Shown here: piece by piece, positions 35,955 through 48,700 of the stretch
Numbering within the stretch: position 1 is the first letter of the stretch
How the letters are laid out: each line of letters begins with the position of its first letter
DNA from: Bugula neritina
Lineage: Eukaryota; Animalia; Bryozoa
Assembly: GCA_964035545.1 (NCBI GenBank)
Contig: OZ037767.1
Location: forward strand, 16,923,781 to 16,987,780
Direction: 5' to 3'
Length of the DNA stretch: 64,000 nt
The notes under the pieces: model-generated
What the model saw: only the letters and a program-made list of their open reading frames with translations
What the model was told of the DNA's origin: nothing
Database searches by the model: none
Translations under genes and position numbers: made by a program

Positions 35955-38900
35955 CACAATGCATTATTATCATTTACGGAATGAAGGCAAATTAAAATTA
36001 AGCAGCAAAAGTGTTTTAGTCAACAATCACCTAGTGTAGTAATATGGGTATGGGGCTTCAAAGAACACTGTTTTTATTGATTCGTTAAATGATTCTGTCA
36101 AAAGACTAATGGGATAATATTTGTCATGTTATTTTATTTTGGTAATAAATCATATCACAAAAATGTTAATAAAATAAGTCAATATTATAGTTTTATTTAA
36201 AAATGGCAATAACAGTATCGAGGAACTAAGTTACTTCATATTGAAACAACTAACAAATTGCCAAACATTATTTTTTAACTATGCAATTATTATAAGGATT
36301 ACACATAGTTCTTTTTTACGTTTAAATTGCATAGTAAGCAGGTATCACATATATTTAGTCGGACTGTGTAGCTTTCATTTCTATGATAGTATTTTATCAA
36401 CAAAAGGAGAATAATAAAATGATTCTACCTCAATATGAGCAATATAAAACATTGAGAAGTGTGCTTAATTGTACCTAAATATTTATATTCAAAAACCTGC
36501 AACATGAAGCAACTACAAACACAACATAATTTTTAGTTGCTATTACTCTCCAATGACCAGTAGCTTAAGAGCAGAGCTTTGGGAGACAGAACTAGCAGCT
36601 AGCACATCGTTTAAAGCAGCACGTTTTTAAACATCTTAATTCAAACTATCCAGTGCTTGCTGGTAAATGAAGGAAGAAGGTATGATGAAGGGCTTTGTGT
36701 GTCGTCATGCCACCAGCAGTTGAAGGACCTTCAAAGAATAGTAGACTAAAAATTTAGCAGATTAACATTAGAAGTCATGTAGAGAAGGTGATGCAGGGAA
36801 TATGAAACATTCAGGTTCATCAACAATGTTGTCACAGTTTCATTATTTTTTGAGCTATGTATTACAAATATACAGGGTTTAACAATAAAAGATGGGGTAC
36901 AGCTACTTGTATATAGAAAAACGCATCAACTATATATAATACAGTTCAATTGGTATATATAGCAAAATATTCACAACTTAAAATGTAACTTTTAATTGGA
37001 AGTATAAAGGCTTTAGTTTTGGTATATTGTATATTAATGAGCCTATTGTGGAATATTACCTCCTGTGTTTGTGTGCGTGTGGGTGTGTGTGCAGGCATGG
37101 ATATATGAACAAGTTTTGCCACCGACATTCAAGCCAGTGCGTGCATATGCTCACTTAAGGAACTTTCGATGGTGTGTAAGCACAAACAATACAAAAACAA
37201 ACGGAATTGTAAACTAAATTATTCTATCACAACGACCTGAAGAGTATATGTACTATCACGAGATTATTTTGTTATACGAAACAGAGCTGTAGCCAAATAG
37301 ATAATCGATTATATGTAATTTTATCCAATATAGTACAATTCAATAATATGACTACTCCATTTTGTAATTAGGTATAAAAACTTTAAGTTCCTTTTAATTA
37401 ATTTTTACTCACAGATACGAGTGTGCAGTTGTTTACACACAAGAACTGCAGAAATAGAGAAAAATACCCCTTAATGCCAAGATAGTAAAGTTGTTTACCA
37501 ATCGACAGTGGTAACAACCACAATGAGTCATACATGTATTGAAATAAGTAAAGGACCCTTCAAAATCAAAGTTTGGCAACTATAAATTGTCAATTAATTA
37601 CCACAAAGAAAAAGCAAACCAACCAGAGCTTAGTAACTATACATTTGGAAAACAAGTAAAAAAAACAATGAGTACACTGTAGGTAAACTAGAAAATAGCC
37701 ATTAGTTTTCATTCTTTAATCGCTATGTGATATCTAACATGCCCTAGCATGGTGGACCAATCATCAATTTTAACAACTTTAAAAGCAGTTTTTGAATTTT
37801 TTTTCATGGTTCTTAACTTTGTATGTTGAACAACTAAAAGAAAACCAGGATTTTATGCTTTGTATTACAATTTCAATGATCATACTGAGTCAGCTTTATA
37901 CCAATACATATACGAATATTTGGTACTAGCTACTGCTTATTAATTACAAAAGCTAATTTTATCTTGCAATATTATCTGTAAAGCTTTTTTCTTGAGCTAG
38001 ACTAGGCTTGGGGACCACACTTCATCTGGGCCAGGATTAGTAGCTGTTCCACCACTAGTTGTTAAATTGCAAATTCAATTGCAAAGCTAAAGTGACTCAG
38101 CTTGACTCAGCTATATAGCAGCTAGCTACTGTTACCTATTAAGCTCTCACATTATTTTGAGCTAATATATTAATCAGTATCCTACAAGGCATAGACCTAC
38201 AAGGTAGCTATGTTGTATTCTATTACATAATTATATATTCAATTTTTGTTTTTTTTATAATTTAGAGTGTTGTAGCTTCAATGAATAATGATATAATATC
38301 TTGTATTTATGTTTTTGTATCACTGTCAGTTGATCATTTATTATATAGTTAGTATTGTTTAATAAGTTTCAAGGTTGGTAAACCACCAGTTTCAGATTAA
38401 AAATAAAGATGACATACAACCCGTGAGCCTTTCTGGCATAGTGGTTTATTCAACTGGCAACCTTGAAGTAAAAACTTCATATTATCTGTACCTCTACAAT
38501 GCTGAAGGCTGTTAAATCCCAAATCTCACTCTGAAACATACAGATATTGAATCTTTTCAGATATGGGAAAGTACCATATGAGCATGCAGTGCTTGTAAAA
38601 GAAAATGTCTGGTAGCTCTAGCCCAAATGCACTTTTCAATTTAGCTATGTGATGCAGACACATGACTACAAGTTTGGCTCAATAAAAGACTCAGGAGTTA
38701 TTCACTATTAAAAAATTAACATCCTTTTTGAGTTTTGCTGTGATGTTCCAGCATAAGCTGCTCAGTTTTGTCCATGTTTAATAAAACTGAAAAAAAATTT
38801 TACAGAGAAACCAGTGGCCACTATAAGCTTATACCAGTTTTAAGAAAAATCGGTTTCTCATGGAAACTCAAAAAAATACTTTGGCCAGTATCAAGTTTGA

Positions 38901-40463
38901 AGAACACATCAAATATATAACTGTACCAAGAGTTTACTGAACACCCACCAAACAGGTTTGAGCAAAGTGGAGATTCCTCTCTAGTGATGAGGATACACTC
39001 CCAAGTGAGACAAGTATAAATTGCTTTCTCTCTAAACCTGTGTTGTGCCATGTTCAACATAATAAAAATCTCCATTCATTTAGGATGGATGAGATGCCAT
39101 ACATTAAATAAAAAGCAGCTCAAGCCAGCAAGTATTGGTTGAAAAGTTTCACATAGTATGAGTGCTCCTATATTTAATGAAGGTTTAGGGAGGTGGTTTT
39201 AATTTATATTTTAACAAATAAAATTGCCATTTAATTGTGTATGCTGTCACCATGTGACCAAAATGTTGGTGAGACACTGCGGGTGGATGTAAAGTTACAA
39301 ATCAACTCCCATATAAGGTACTGCACTGCTTCAGGTGCTACCAGCACTTGAAGTGTTGTCAGTCTTTTAGCGTAAAAGAACCAAGTGCCACTAATTTCAT
39401 GGAGTCATTCACTTTTGAACAAAAGTAAAGAAGTTACACTGCATCACATATGCACAAATTTCTATTACCAAAGACATAAAATATATCCAGGTATATGCTG
39501 AAAATCAGGTATGTCTCTCTCATTCAACATCTCTATTTTTATGCTGCGATACCTCTGTTTATCTCGAAGAAAAAACTAGCTCAAATATGGACACTTTTGA
39601 AAGTAGGGCTTTAAAAAATTGAAGAGATCAACAAACATGAAAAAACCACTCACAAAACTATCTCCTAGACTTATAAGAAAAACTGTAATAGAAAAATACC
39701 GCTTGCTAGAACTAAAATTCACAAGGCTGTCAAATCATAATTGTATTATATTATGCTGCTTATATAGTATTAAAATAAGGCAGAATGATAAGTGCTAAGA
39801 TAATGAAAAATAAAGAGAAGCTTTTGCCAAAAAAAATCTAAAATTTAATTGATGCCTACTACCTACAAGAAGACTTTGTTTTAAAAGCAATTACAAAGCT
39901 GTCTTGGTTTACATGCTAGTGAACCTTAGTTTCACTTTTTAACAACATGCAAAAGTAGAGAAAAAAAGAATGCTATTATCATGCTGATTTATTTCATCTT
40001 TTTTTAAAATTGAGAAAGAGTTTCACTAAAACTGTCACTAAATTAATAGGTAAAGAAGTTTACTGAAAAAAGAAAAAGAATGAAAAAAAAAAACCGATTA
40101 CCCTGAAAAAAATATTTTTAGCAGTTTAACATCTGGTTACCAACCCAAGCTCTATTCTAACTTCTAGCTCAACCATGTCAGATTATAAGTCTGCCACTCA
40201 TGCAGCTATGAGCTTTGCCTCTCTACGATTCAGCAAGCAGTCTGGCTCAGAGAATGCTAACAGCTTTGAGCTCAGCTTCAGTGTAAACTGGCAGTTTTGC
40301 TGTGACCTTGGCTTAAATGTGGTTTTTACTGCTACAAATATAACTATACCAGCAGTTTACCGAACACCTCCTATTCATGGTTGGACGGTTGGAGAGTTTC
40401 CTCTTTAGTGATGAGGATACACCTCCAAGTGAGGCAACGTAAAAGTTTTTTTTTTTTGAACCC

Positions 40464-43400
40464 GCCTTTATCTGGGAAACAAGGTTTTAGAAATGGTGGC
40501 AAATTCAGGTTAACAGGTCAGGACGTTGATCAGAGTACTGTAGGTAACTATTATAGTAAAGCAGTAAATGCAAAGCAGAGGTCACCCATGTGGCTATAAC
40601 TTTCAACAAAAATCTAGACACCTAATAAGCATTGAAAAAATTGCGTTTGAAAATCAATATAGGCAATTTACTATGCCCATCGTACCTGTAAACATCCGTA
40701 CACACATTTTTATTGGCAAATAGCTCACACCTGCACACCAATGTAAACATTGAGACAAGAGTTGTAAGATTCTGTAGGACATTTGCCAATCGGCCTGTTA
40801 AGTGCATTCAACCAATTGTTTCTGAGAAAAGCAACTCCGAGAATTGTTAGAATATTGTAGCAAATTCAAGCTGGTTAAATGTTATATAAAACAATACAAC
40901 ACGTTTATATCCTAATGCAGCCGAAGCCCAGTCCCCCAGCAGTCAAGGAAAATTGTTGCAGGGAACAAATGTTCATTTTGACAATACCCTAAGCAGCCGC
41001 AATCCGAGCAGCAAAGACGTTGCTGTACAACATGAGACAGCGCATGGGGTCCTGCGGTGGTGAGTTCAGCAGCCTGTCCCATGCAGTCATCTGTGCCCAT
41101 GGAAATGCCTTTGCTCTGCCAATGTCATACTGTTTGGAGCAGCAAACAGGTGTGTAAGGAACTATCATACTAACATTTCACATAATAATTACATCATATT
41201 ATGAGATATATTGCATGGTACGCGATCTTAATTACAACACATTATTGCATTATTTATATTATTATAATGAATATTTACTATTAGTATTATGCATTTTTAG
41301 TTGTTTCACAAATCCTATTGTTTCCATCAGTTTTCAAGGATTTATGTGATTGCCATCCACAGTATACAATTAGAAAATGTGACTGGAAAAGTCACTTAGC
41401 TGGACACAAAAGAGGCTTTCGGAGAAAAAAAAGAGAATAAAAAAGATTACTCTGAAAAATGCTAGTCAACACTGTGATGTTCTCTATAAAGCATTATTAT
41501 GCTATCACTAGAATAGGAGATTAGCCAACACAGTGAGTGAAGAGCACGGCAACAAGTGCTGCTTCAGATGTTACTAGCAGTTGAAGTGTCACCAGTCTTT
41601 AGGAATAAAGGAACCACAAGCCACTAATTTCATGGGGTCGTTCTATCCTGAGCAGAGGTAACAAAGTTACACTTTATCATATGCACTGTTTTCTACTACC
41701 AGTGATATAAAATATATACAGGGTATATGCTGAAAATCAATTATCCTGCTCTCAATCCATATCTGCATATGTAAGCTGTGAAACCTGATTGTTTCTAAAA
41801 GTAAAAACTAGCTCAAATAATGACTGATGTGAAAACTGGGCTTGAAAAACAGACAAGTGTGTCAAACACAACCAAAAACCTAAATGAAAGCTTGCAACTT
41901 GTCAACTATCAGAAAGAAGAAGAACAAGAAGGGCCAAAATTTATATCAAGAACCTCTCTTGCCACGACATGAAAAAACTCACTTCCCAGCTTGTTATCTA
42001 TACAGGTATTGCTGGTTTCATAAAATAGGGTCACTATTTGAGCATCAAATACTAGCAAGCTAATCTCATGTTTTTATAAATTACAGAAGCTATTTCATGT
42101 GTTGTAGGGTATTTTTTTTGCAAAATGTTTAAAACTGTACCACTCTTTCTCTCTTAAATCATTTGCAGATGTGAAACACCTGCGAATTATATGAGATGTT
42201 GACAAGCAAAAGCTTTGTTGGTGGCCAAAGAGCCAAAGGTTTGACACACCGTGGAAGATTAAAGATGAGAGAAGATGATGTGTAAATGTCATAAGATGAA
42301 AAGTATGAGTTAACTATGTTTCAGTAACAACATCGATTTTTAAGCAATGCATAGTAACCAGTGTTAAGATAATCTATGCAAGTTTTAATATGTTTAACCA
42401 ATGTGCTTATCAAAAACAAAGCACACTGGAAATTCTTACTAGTGCTTTAAAATGGTATGAGGTAAGTTTTAAAAGGAACTTCCCTTTTTATATCATTTCC
42501 CTGCAAAAGATATACCCAATATTAACAATTGACAAAATATTCAAAATTTGTTGTTACTGCAGTCAAATTAATGACTGGATTAAAGTGATTTGTATGACGC
42601 ATGCATTTCGTTCATGCAAAATTACTTTTCATTTTTATATGTTCATGGTTGTAGTATACTTGTAAAAGTTTTTTATATTGCTCTGTGAATAGTGGTATTC
42701 ATTTAAAGCCAATGCTTTTTGAACTAGTAAAATAAACTTGGTATTAAATTAATCTTGTAAAAACCAATTATTTTGTTTTATTATGCAATCATTTGAATTG
42801 TTTGCTCCATTCTAGATGCGTTAATCTAAGTCCAACTGTTGGGTCATACCACAGTAAAAAACTTAATTTTTTGTTTAAAAGTTCTTTATAATGTGCTAGA
42901 TGTGGCACAAAGGTTTCTTGTTAGACGTGCACTGATCAGGCGACCCAGCGCATCCAACTTCATAACTCTGAAAAAATCAACCCCTTGAAGAGATAAGAAA
43001 ATTGTGCTGACAATGCACTGAGCTACCTGTCAGTTTACTGAGATGGTATACTGTTCTAGCAGTGAGACCTCGATCTTTTTCGGAGTGAAAACTAGCTCTG
43101 AGTTCATTTTAGTCCTTCCACAGAGAAAAAATTGCGCAGACCTAAGAGGACTCCATTCACCATTAGCCATGTACGCCAGGCTGCGCGAGAAATGACAGTA
43201 AAAGTTGTAGTGGCAATTAGTTTTAGAGTTATATAACACAATGCAGGGGTCATTCATCTTGTATTTTGTATATAGGTTATATCTTGCATTCTGTATATAG
43301 GTCACATGTTGTATATAGGTCACATCTGCTTGCCAATGTGGACGTCGAAGCAGGTGTTGAGGTTTATGTGCACATAATGACTACGATGTAATAAACCAAT

Positions 43401-46400
43401 GGCTTCACATTTGATCTCGATTATAAGAAAATTCAGATTGCATGTGCCATCTTACTACTAGTATCATATCGATATTTTCTAATTCTTTGCTTCTCCACAG
43501 TCAGGTTGGTTTTTACTTGCATATACTAGTGCTCTGAAGTCACAGTTTAAAGGAAACAATTTTAAAAGATGGGACGTCTAACCAATTAAATAAGGGTTTT
43601 TGTGATGAACAGATATATGTAATTATATCAACAGTTTACCCAACATCCACCAGCCATGCTTGGGCGACTGTGGAATTTTCTCACTGGTGATGAAGATGCA
43701 CTTCTGAGCCAGACCAGTTGATAATTGTTTCTTTCTAAACCATTGCTATACCATGCATAAATTGTTAAAAATCTCTTACTCATATACGATGGATGGATCA
43801 AATTGCCATTCAACTGCACAATTATGATACTGTCATGCACAAAAGTAGGTCACCACGTATTAATGTAAAGTTGCAAATCACCCCCATATAAGGTACCGTA
43901 TTTAGGCGTATCCAAAGGAAATATATGCAACACTGCTGCAGGCTGCATATTGTAACATCCATTCTGTTTTTATTTCAGCTCTGCTCAAAGCACCTGCTTA
44001 AGTGCAACCAGCCCTGGGGGTATGCATAAACTTTTTAGTGTAAAAAACACTGCCAGCTACTCCAATCTTGCAAAGCCCTTTTCTTAAAAGCAAGGGTAAA
44101 AAATTAAACTGTACTATAAGTATTGAATGCCAATACCAAAGGTATAAAGTGCATGCTGAAAATGATATCCGTTCTACTCCTATCTCGGTTTTTGAAGAGC
44201 GAAACCCCAATCTTCTTCAAAGTGGGACCTGGCTCAGAGTTTAATCTGGTCATTCCATAGAGCCAGAAATCTCGTGGACTCAAGATTTATGCTAAAAATT
44301 GTCTCCGTTTTCACACGGTGAAATCACAATCTTCCTCAAAGTGAGACCTAAATCACAGATTACTCTGATCAGTTTACAGATGAAAAAATCGTGTAGACTC
44401 AGGACTACTCGAGAAAAGTGAGTAACAGAAGTGGTGGCGGCAAGTAGTTTCATAGTCTTAAAATTTACATAACACAATACAGGAATCATTTATATCATGT
44501 TGTACCCTGCATATAAGTCACATCTAGTTACCACTGTAGATGTGGAGACAGGAGTTGAGAGGCCAAGCTAGAATTGTGCTGAGCAGCTCCCTAATGCATT
44601 TAACTGCGTGCCTTTATCTGGGAAACAAGGTTTTAGAAATGGTGGGAAATTGGAATAAATTCAGGTTAACAGGTCAGGAGGTTGATTAGAGTACTGTAGG
44701 TAACTATTAAAGTAGCGTTTTACATAATTATTACATCGTAATATATCATGTGACACATTTAATGTTGCTATCTTTATTACAATAAACTATTGTCATATAA
44801 ATTATAATATTTAGTTGTAGGGCCTGCACATATAAACGCAAAGCAGAGATCACCCATGTGGCTATAACTTTTAACAAAAACCTAGACACCTAATAAGCAT
44901 TCAAAGAATTGCGTTTGAAAATCAATAGAGGCAATTTGCTATGCCCATCGTACCTGTAAACATCTGTACACACACCTTTATTGGCAAGTAGCTAACACCT
45001 GCACACCAATGTGAACATTGAGACAGGAGTTGTAAGATTCTGTAGGACATTTGCCATTCGGTCTGCTTAGTGCATTCAACCAATTGTTTCTGAGAAAAGC
45101 AACTGCCAAAATTGGTAGAAGATTGCAACGGATTCAAGCTGGTTAAATGTTATATAAAACTATACAAAATGTTTATATCCTAATGCAGCCAGAGCCAAAT
45201 CGCCCAACAGTTGAGGAAAATTGTTGCAGGGAAAAAATGTTCACTTTGATAATACCCTAAGCAGCCGCAAGCCGAGCAGCAAAGACGTTGCTGTACAACA
45301 TGAGACAGCGCATGGGGTCCTGCGGTGGTGAGTTCAGCATCCTGTCCCATGCAGTCATCTGTGCCCATAGAAATGATTTTGCTCTGCCAATGTTATACTG
45401 TTTGGAGCAGCAAACAGGTTTGTAAGGAACTATTATACTAACATTTCACATGGTTATTACATTATATTATGAGATATATTACATAGTACGCGATCTTTAT
45501 TACAATGCATTATTATCATTATTTATATTATTATAATGAATATTTACTATTAATATTATGCATTTTTAGTTGTTTTACATATCCTATTGTTTCCATCAAT
45601 TTTCAAGGATTTACGTGATTGCCATCCACAGTATACAATTAGAAAATGTGACTGGAAAAGTCATTTAGCTGGACACAAAAGAGGCTTTTGGAAAAAAAAG
45701 AGAATGTAAAAAAGACTACTCTGAAAAATGCTAGTCAACACTGTGATGTTCTGTACAAAGCATTATTATGCTCTAACTAGAATAGGAGATTAGCCAACAC
45801 AGTGAGTGAAGAGCACGGCAACAAGTGCTGCTTCAGATGCTACTATCAGGTGAAGTGTCCCCATTCTTTAAGAATGAAAGAACCACAAGCCACTAATTTT
45901 AAGGAGTCATTCTATCCTGAGCAGAGGTAACACAGTTACACTTTATCATATGCACTGTTTTCTACTACCAGTGATATAAAATATATACAGGGTATATGCT
46001 GAAAATCAATTATCCTGCTCTCAATCCATATCTGCATACGTATGCTGTGAAACCTGATATTTTCTTAAAGTAAAAACTAGCTCAAATGATGACTGATGTG
46101 AAAACTGGGCTTGAAAAACAGACAAGTGTGTTAAACACAACCAAAAACTTAAACGAAAGCTTGCAACTTGTCAACTATCAGAAAGAAGGAGAACATGAAG
46201 AGCCAAAATTTATATCAAGAACCTCTCTTGCCACGACATGAAAAAACTCACTTCCCAGCTTGTTATCTATACAGGTATTGCTGGTTTCATAAAATAGGGT
46301 CACTATTTGAGCATCAAATACTAGCAAGCTAATCTCATGTTTTTATAAATTACAGAAGCTATTTCATGTGTCATAGGGTATTTTTTTTGCAAAATGTTTA

Positions 46401-47520
46401 AAACTGTACCACTCTTTCTCTCTTAAATCATTTGCAGATGTGAAACACCTGCGAATTATATGAGATGTTGACAAGCAAAAGCTTTGTTGGTGGCCAAAGA
46501 GTCAAAGGTTTGACACACCGTGGAAGATTAAAGATGAGAGAAGATGATGTGTAAATGTCATAAAATGAAAAGTATCAGTTAACTATGTTTCAGTAACATC
46601 ATCTATTTTTAAGCAATGAGTAGTAAGCAGTGTTAAGATAATCTATGCAAGTTTTAATATGTTTAACCAATGTGCTTATCGAAAACAAAGCACACTGGAA
46701 ATTCTTACTAGTGCTTTAAAATGGTATGAGGTAAGTTTTGAAAGGAACTTCCCATTTTATATCATTCCCCTGCAAAAGATATTCCCAATATTAACAGTCG
46801 ACAAAATATTCAATTTTTGTTGTTATTGCAGTCAAATTAATGACTGGATTAAAGTGATTTGTATGACGTATGCATTTCTTTTATGCAAAATTACTTTTCA
46901 CTTTTATATGCTCATGGTTGTAGTATACTTGTAAAAGTTTTTTATATTGCTCTGTGAATAGTGGTATTCATTTAAAGCCAATGCTTTTTGAACTAGTAAA
47001 ATAAACTTGGTATTAAATTATTCTTGTAAAAACCAATTATTTTGTTTTATTATGCAATCATTTGAATTGTCCGCTTCATTCTAGATGCATTAATCTAAGT
47101 CCAACTGTTGGGTCATACCATAGTAAAAAACTTAAATTTTTGTTTAGAAGTTTTTTATAATGTGCTAAATGTAGCACAAAGGTTTCTTGTTAGACGTGCA
47201 CTGATCAAGCGGCCCAGCGCATCCAACTTCATAACTCTGAAAAAATCAACCCCTTGAAGAGATAAGAAAATTGTGCTGACAATGCACTGAGCTACCTGTC
47301 AGTTTACTGAGATGGTAAACTGTTCTTGCAGTGAGACCTCGATCTTTTTCGGAGTGAAAACTAGCTCCGAGTTCATTTTAGTCCTTCCACAGAGAAAAAA
47401 TTGCGCAGACCTAGGAGGACTCCATTCACCATTAGCCATGTACACCGGGCTGCGCAAGAAATGGAAGTGAAAGTTGTAGTGGCAAGTAGTTTTAGAGTTA
47501 TATAACACAATGCCGAGGTC
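40464..47520 (+). repeat. Local tandem duplication, period ~4.27 kb (40464-43250 versus 44610-47520)
   Basis: Long high-identity match; paired spurious ORFs 40912/45180 and 42390/46659 are offset by 4268-4269 bp. Confidence 0.92.
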
Positions 47521-48700
47521 ATGTATCCATCTTGTAAATAGGATATATCTCGTATCCTGTATTTAGGTCTCATTTCATATCCTGTATATAGGTCACGCCG
47601 TGTATCTTGTATATAGGTCACATGTTTTGTCCTGTATATAGGTCCCATCTTATATCCTGTATATAGGTCACATCCTGTATCTTGTTTATATGTCATGCCA
47701 TGTATCCCATATGTAGGTTACATTTTGTATCCTGTATATAGGTCACATGTTGTATACAGGTCACATCTGCCCACCAATGTGCAAATCGATGCAGGTGTTG
47801 AGGTTTCCTGTCAGACATGCGCTGATCAGACGACTTGGTGCATCCAACTTCTCGTCTTTGAAAAAATCAACTCCCCGAAAGGGTAAGAAAATTGTGCTGA
47901 CAGTGCACTGAGCTACCTGTCAGTTTGCTGAGATGGTATCCTGTTTTTGCAGAGAGACCTCAATCTTTTTCAGAGATAAAACTAGCTCTGAGTTCATTTT
48001 AGTCATTCCACAGAGAAAAAAATTGCGCAGACTCAGGAGGACTCCATTCACCATTAGCCATGTACTCTGGGCTGCACGAGAAAAGTGAGTAAAAGTTGTA
48101 GTGGCAAGTAATTTTAGAGTTATATAACACAATGCAGGGGTCATGCATCACTCTTGTAAATAGGTTATATCTTGTATCCTGTATATAGGTCACATGTTGT
48201 ATATAGGTCACATCTGCTCACCAATGTGGAAGTCGATGCAGGTGTTAAGGTTTCCTGTCAGACATGCGCTGATCAGACGACTTAGTGCATCCAACTTCCT
48301 GTCTCTGAAGAAATCAACTCCCTGAAGAGATAAGAAAATTGTGCTGACATGCACTGAGCTACCTGTCAGTTTGCTGAGATGGTATACTGTTTTTGCAGTG
48401 AGACCTCGATCATTTTCGGAGTGAAAACTAGCTCTGAGTTCATTTTAGTACTTCCACAGAGAAAAAATTGCGCAGACCTAAGAGGACTCCATTCACCATT
48501 AGCCATGCACGCCAGGCTGCGCGAGAAATGACAGTAAAAGTTGTAGTGGCAAGTAGTTTTAGAGTTATATAACACAATGCAGGGGTCATTCATCTTGTAT
48601 TTTGTATATAGGTTATAATCTTTCATTCTGTATATAGGTCACATGTTGTATATAGGTCACATCTGCTTGCCAATGTGGACGTCGAAGCAGGTGTTGAGGT
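47190..48700 (+). repeat. Head-to-tail triplication of the exon4/exon3 module (~0.45-0.62 kb units)
   Basis: Three successive exon3-like blocks (47332, 47952, 48399), each preceded by an exon4-like end and GATAAG/GGTAAG donor. Confidence 0.85.

Noticed and set aside
42390-46934. Paired 91-aa ORFs (42390 and 46659) as a conserved small gene
   Set aside because: Similarity is explained by the 4.27-kb tandem duplication; AT-rich, and reads through a GTAAGT donor-like site.
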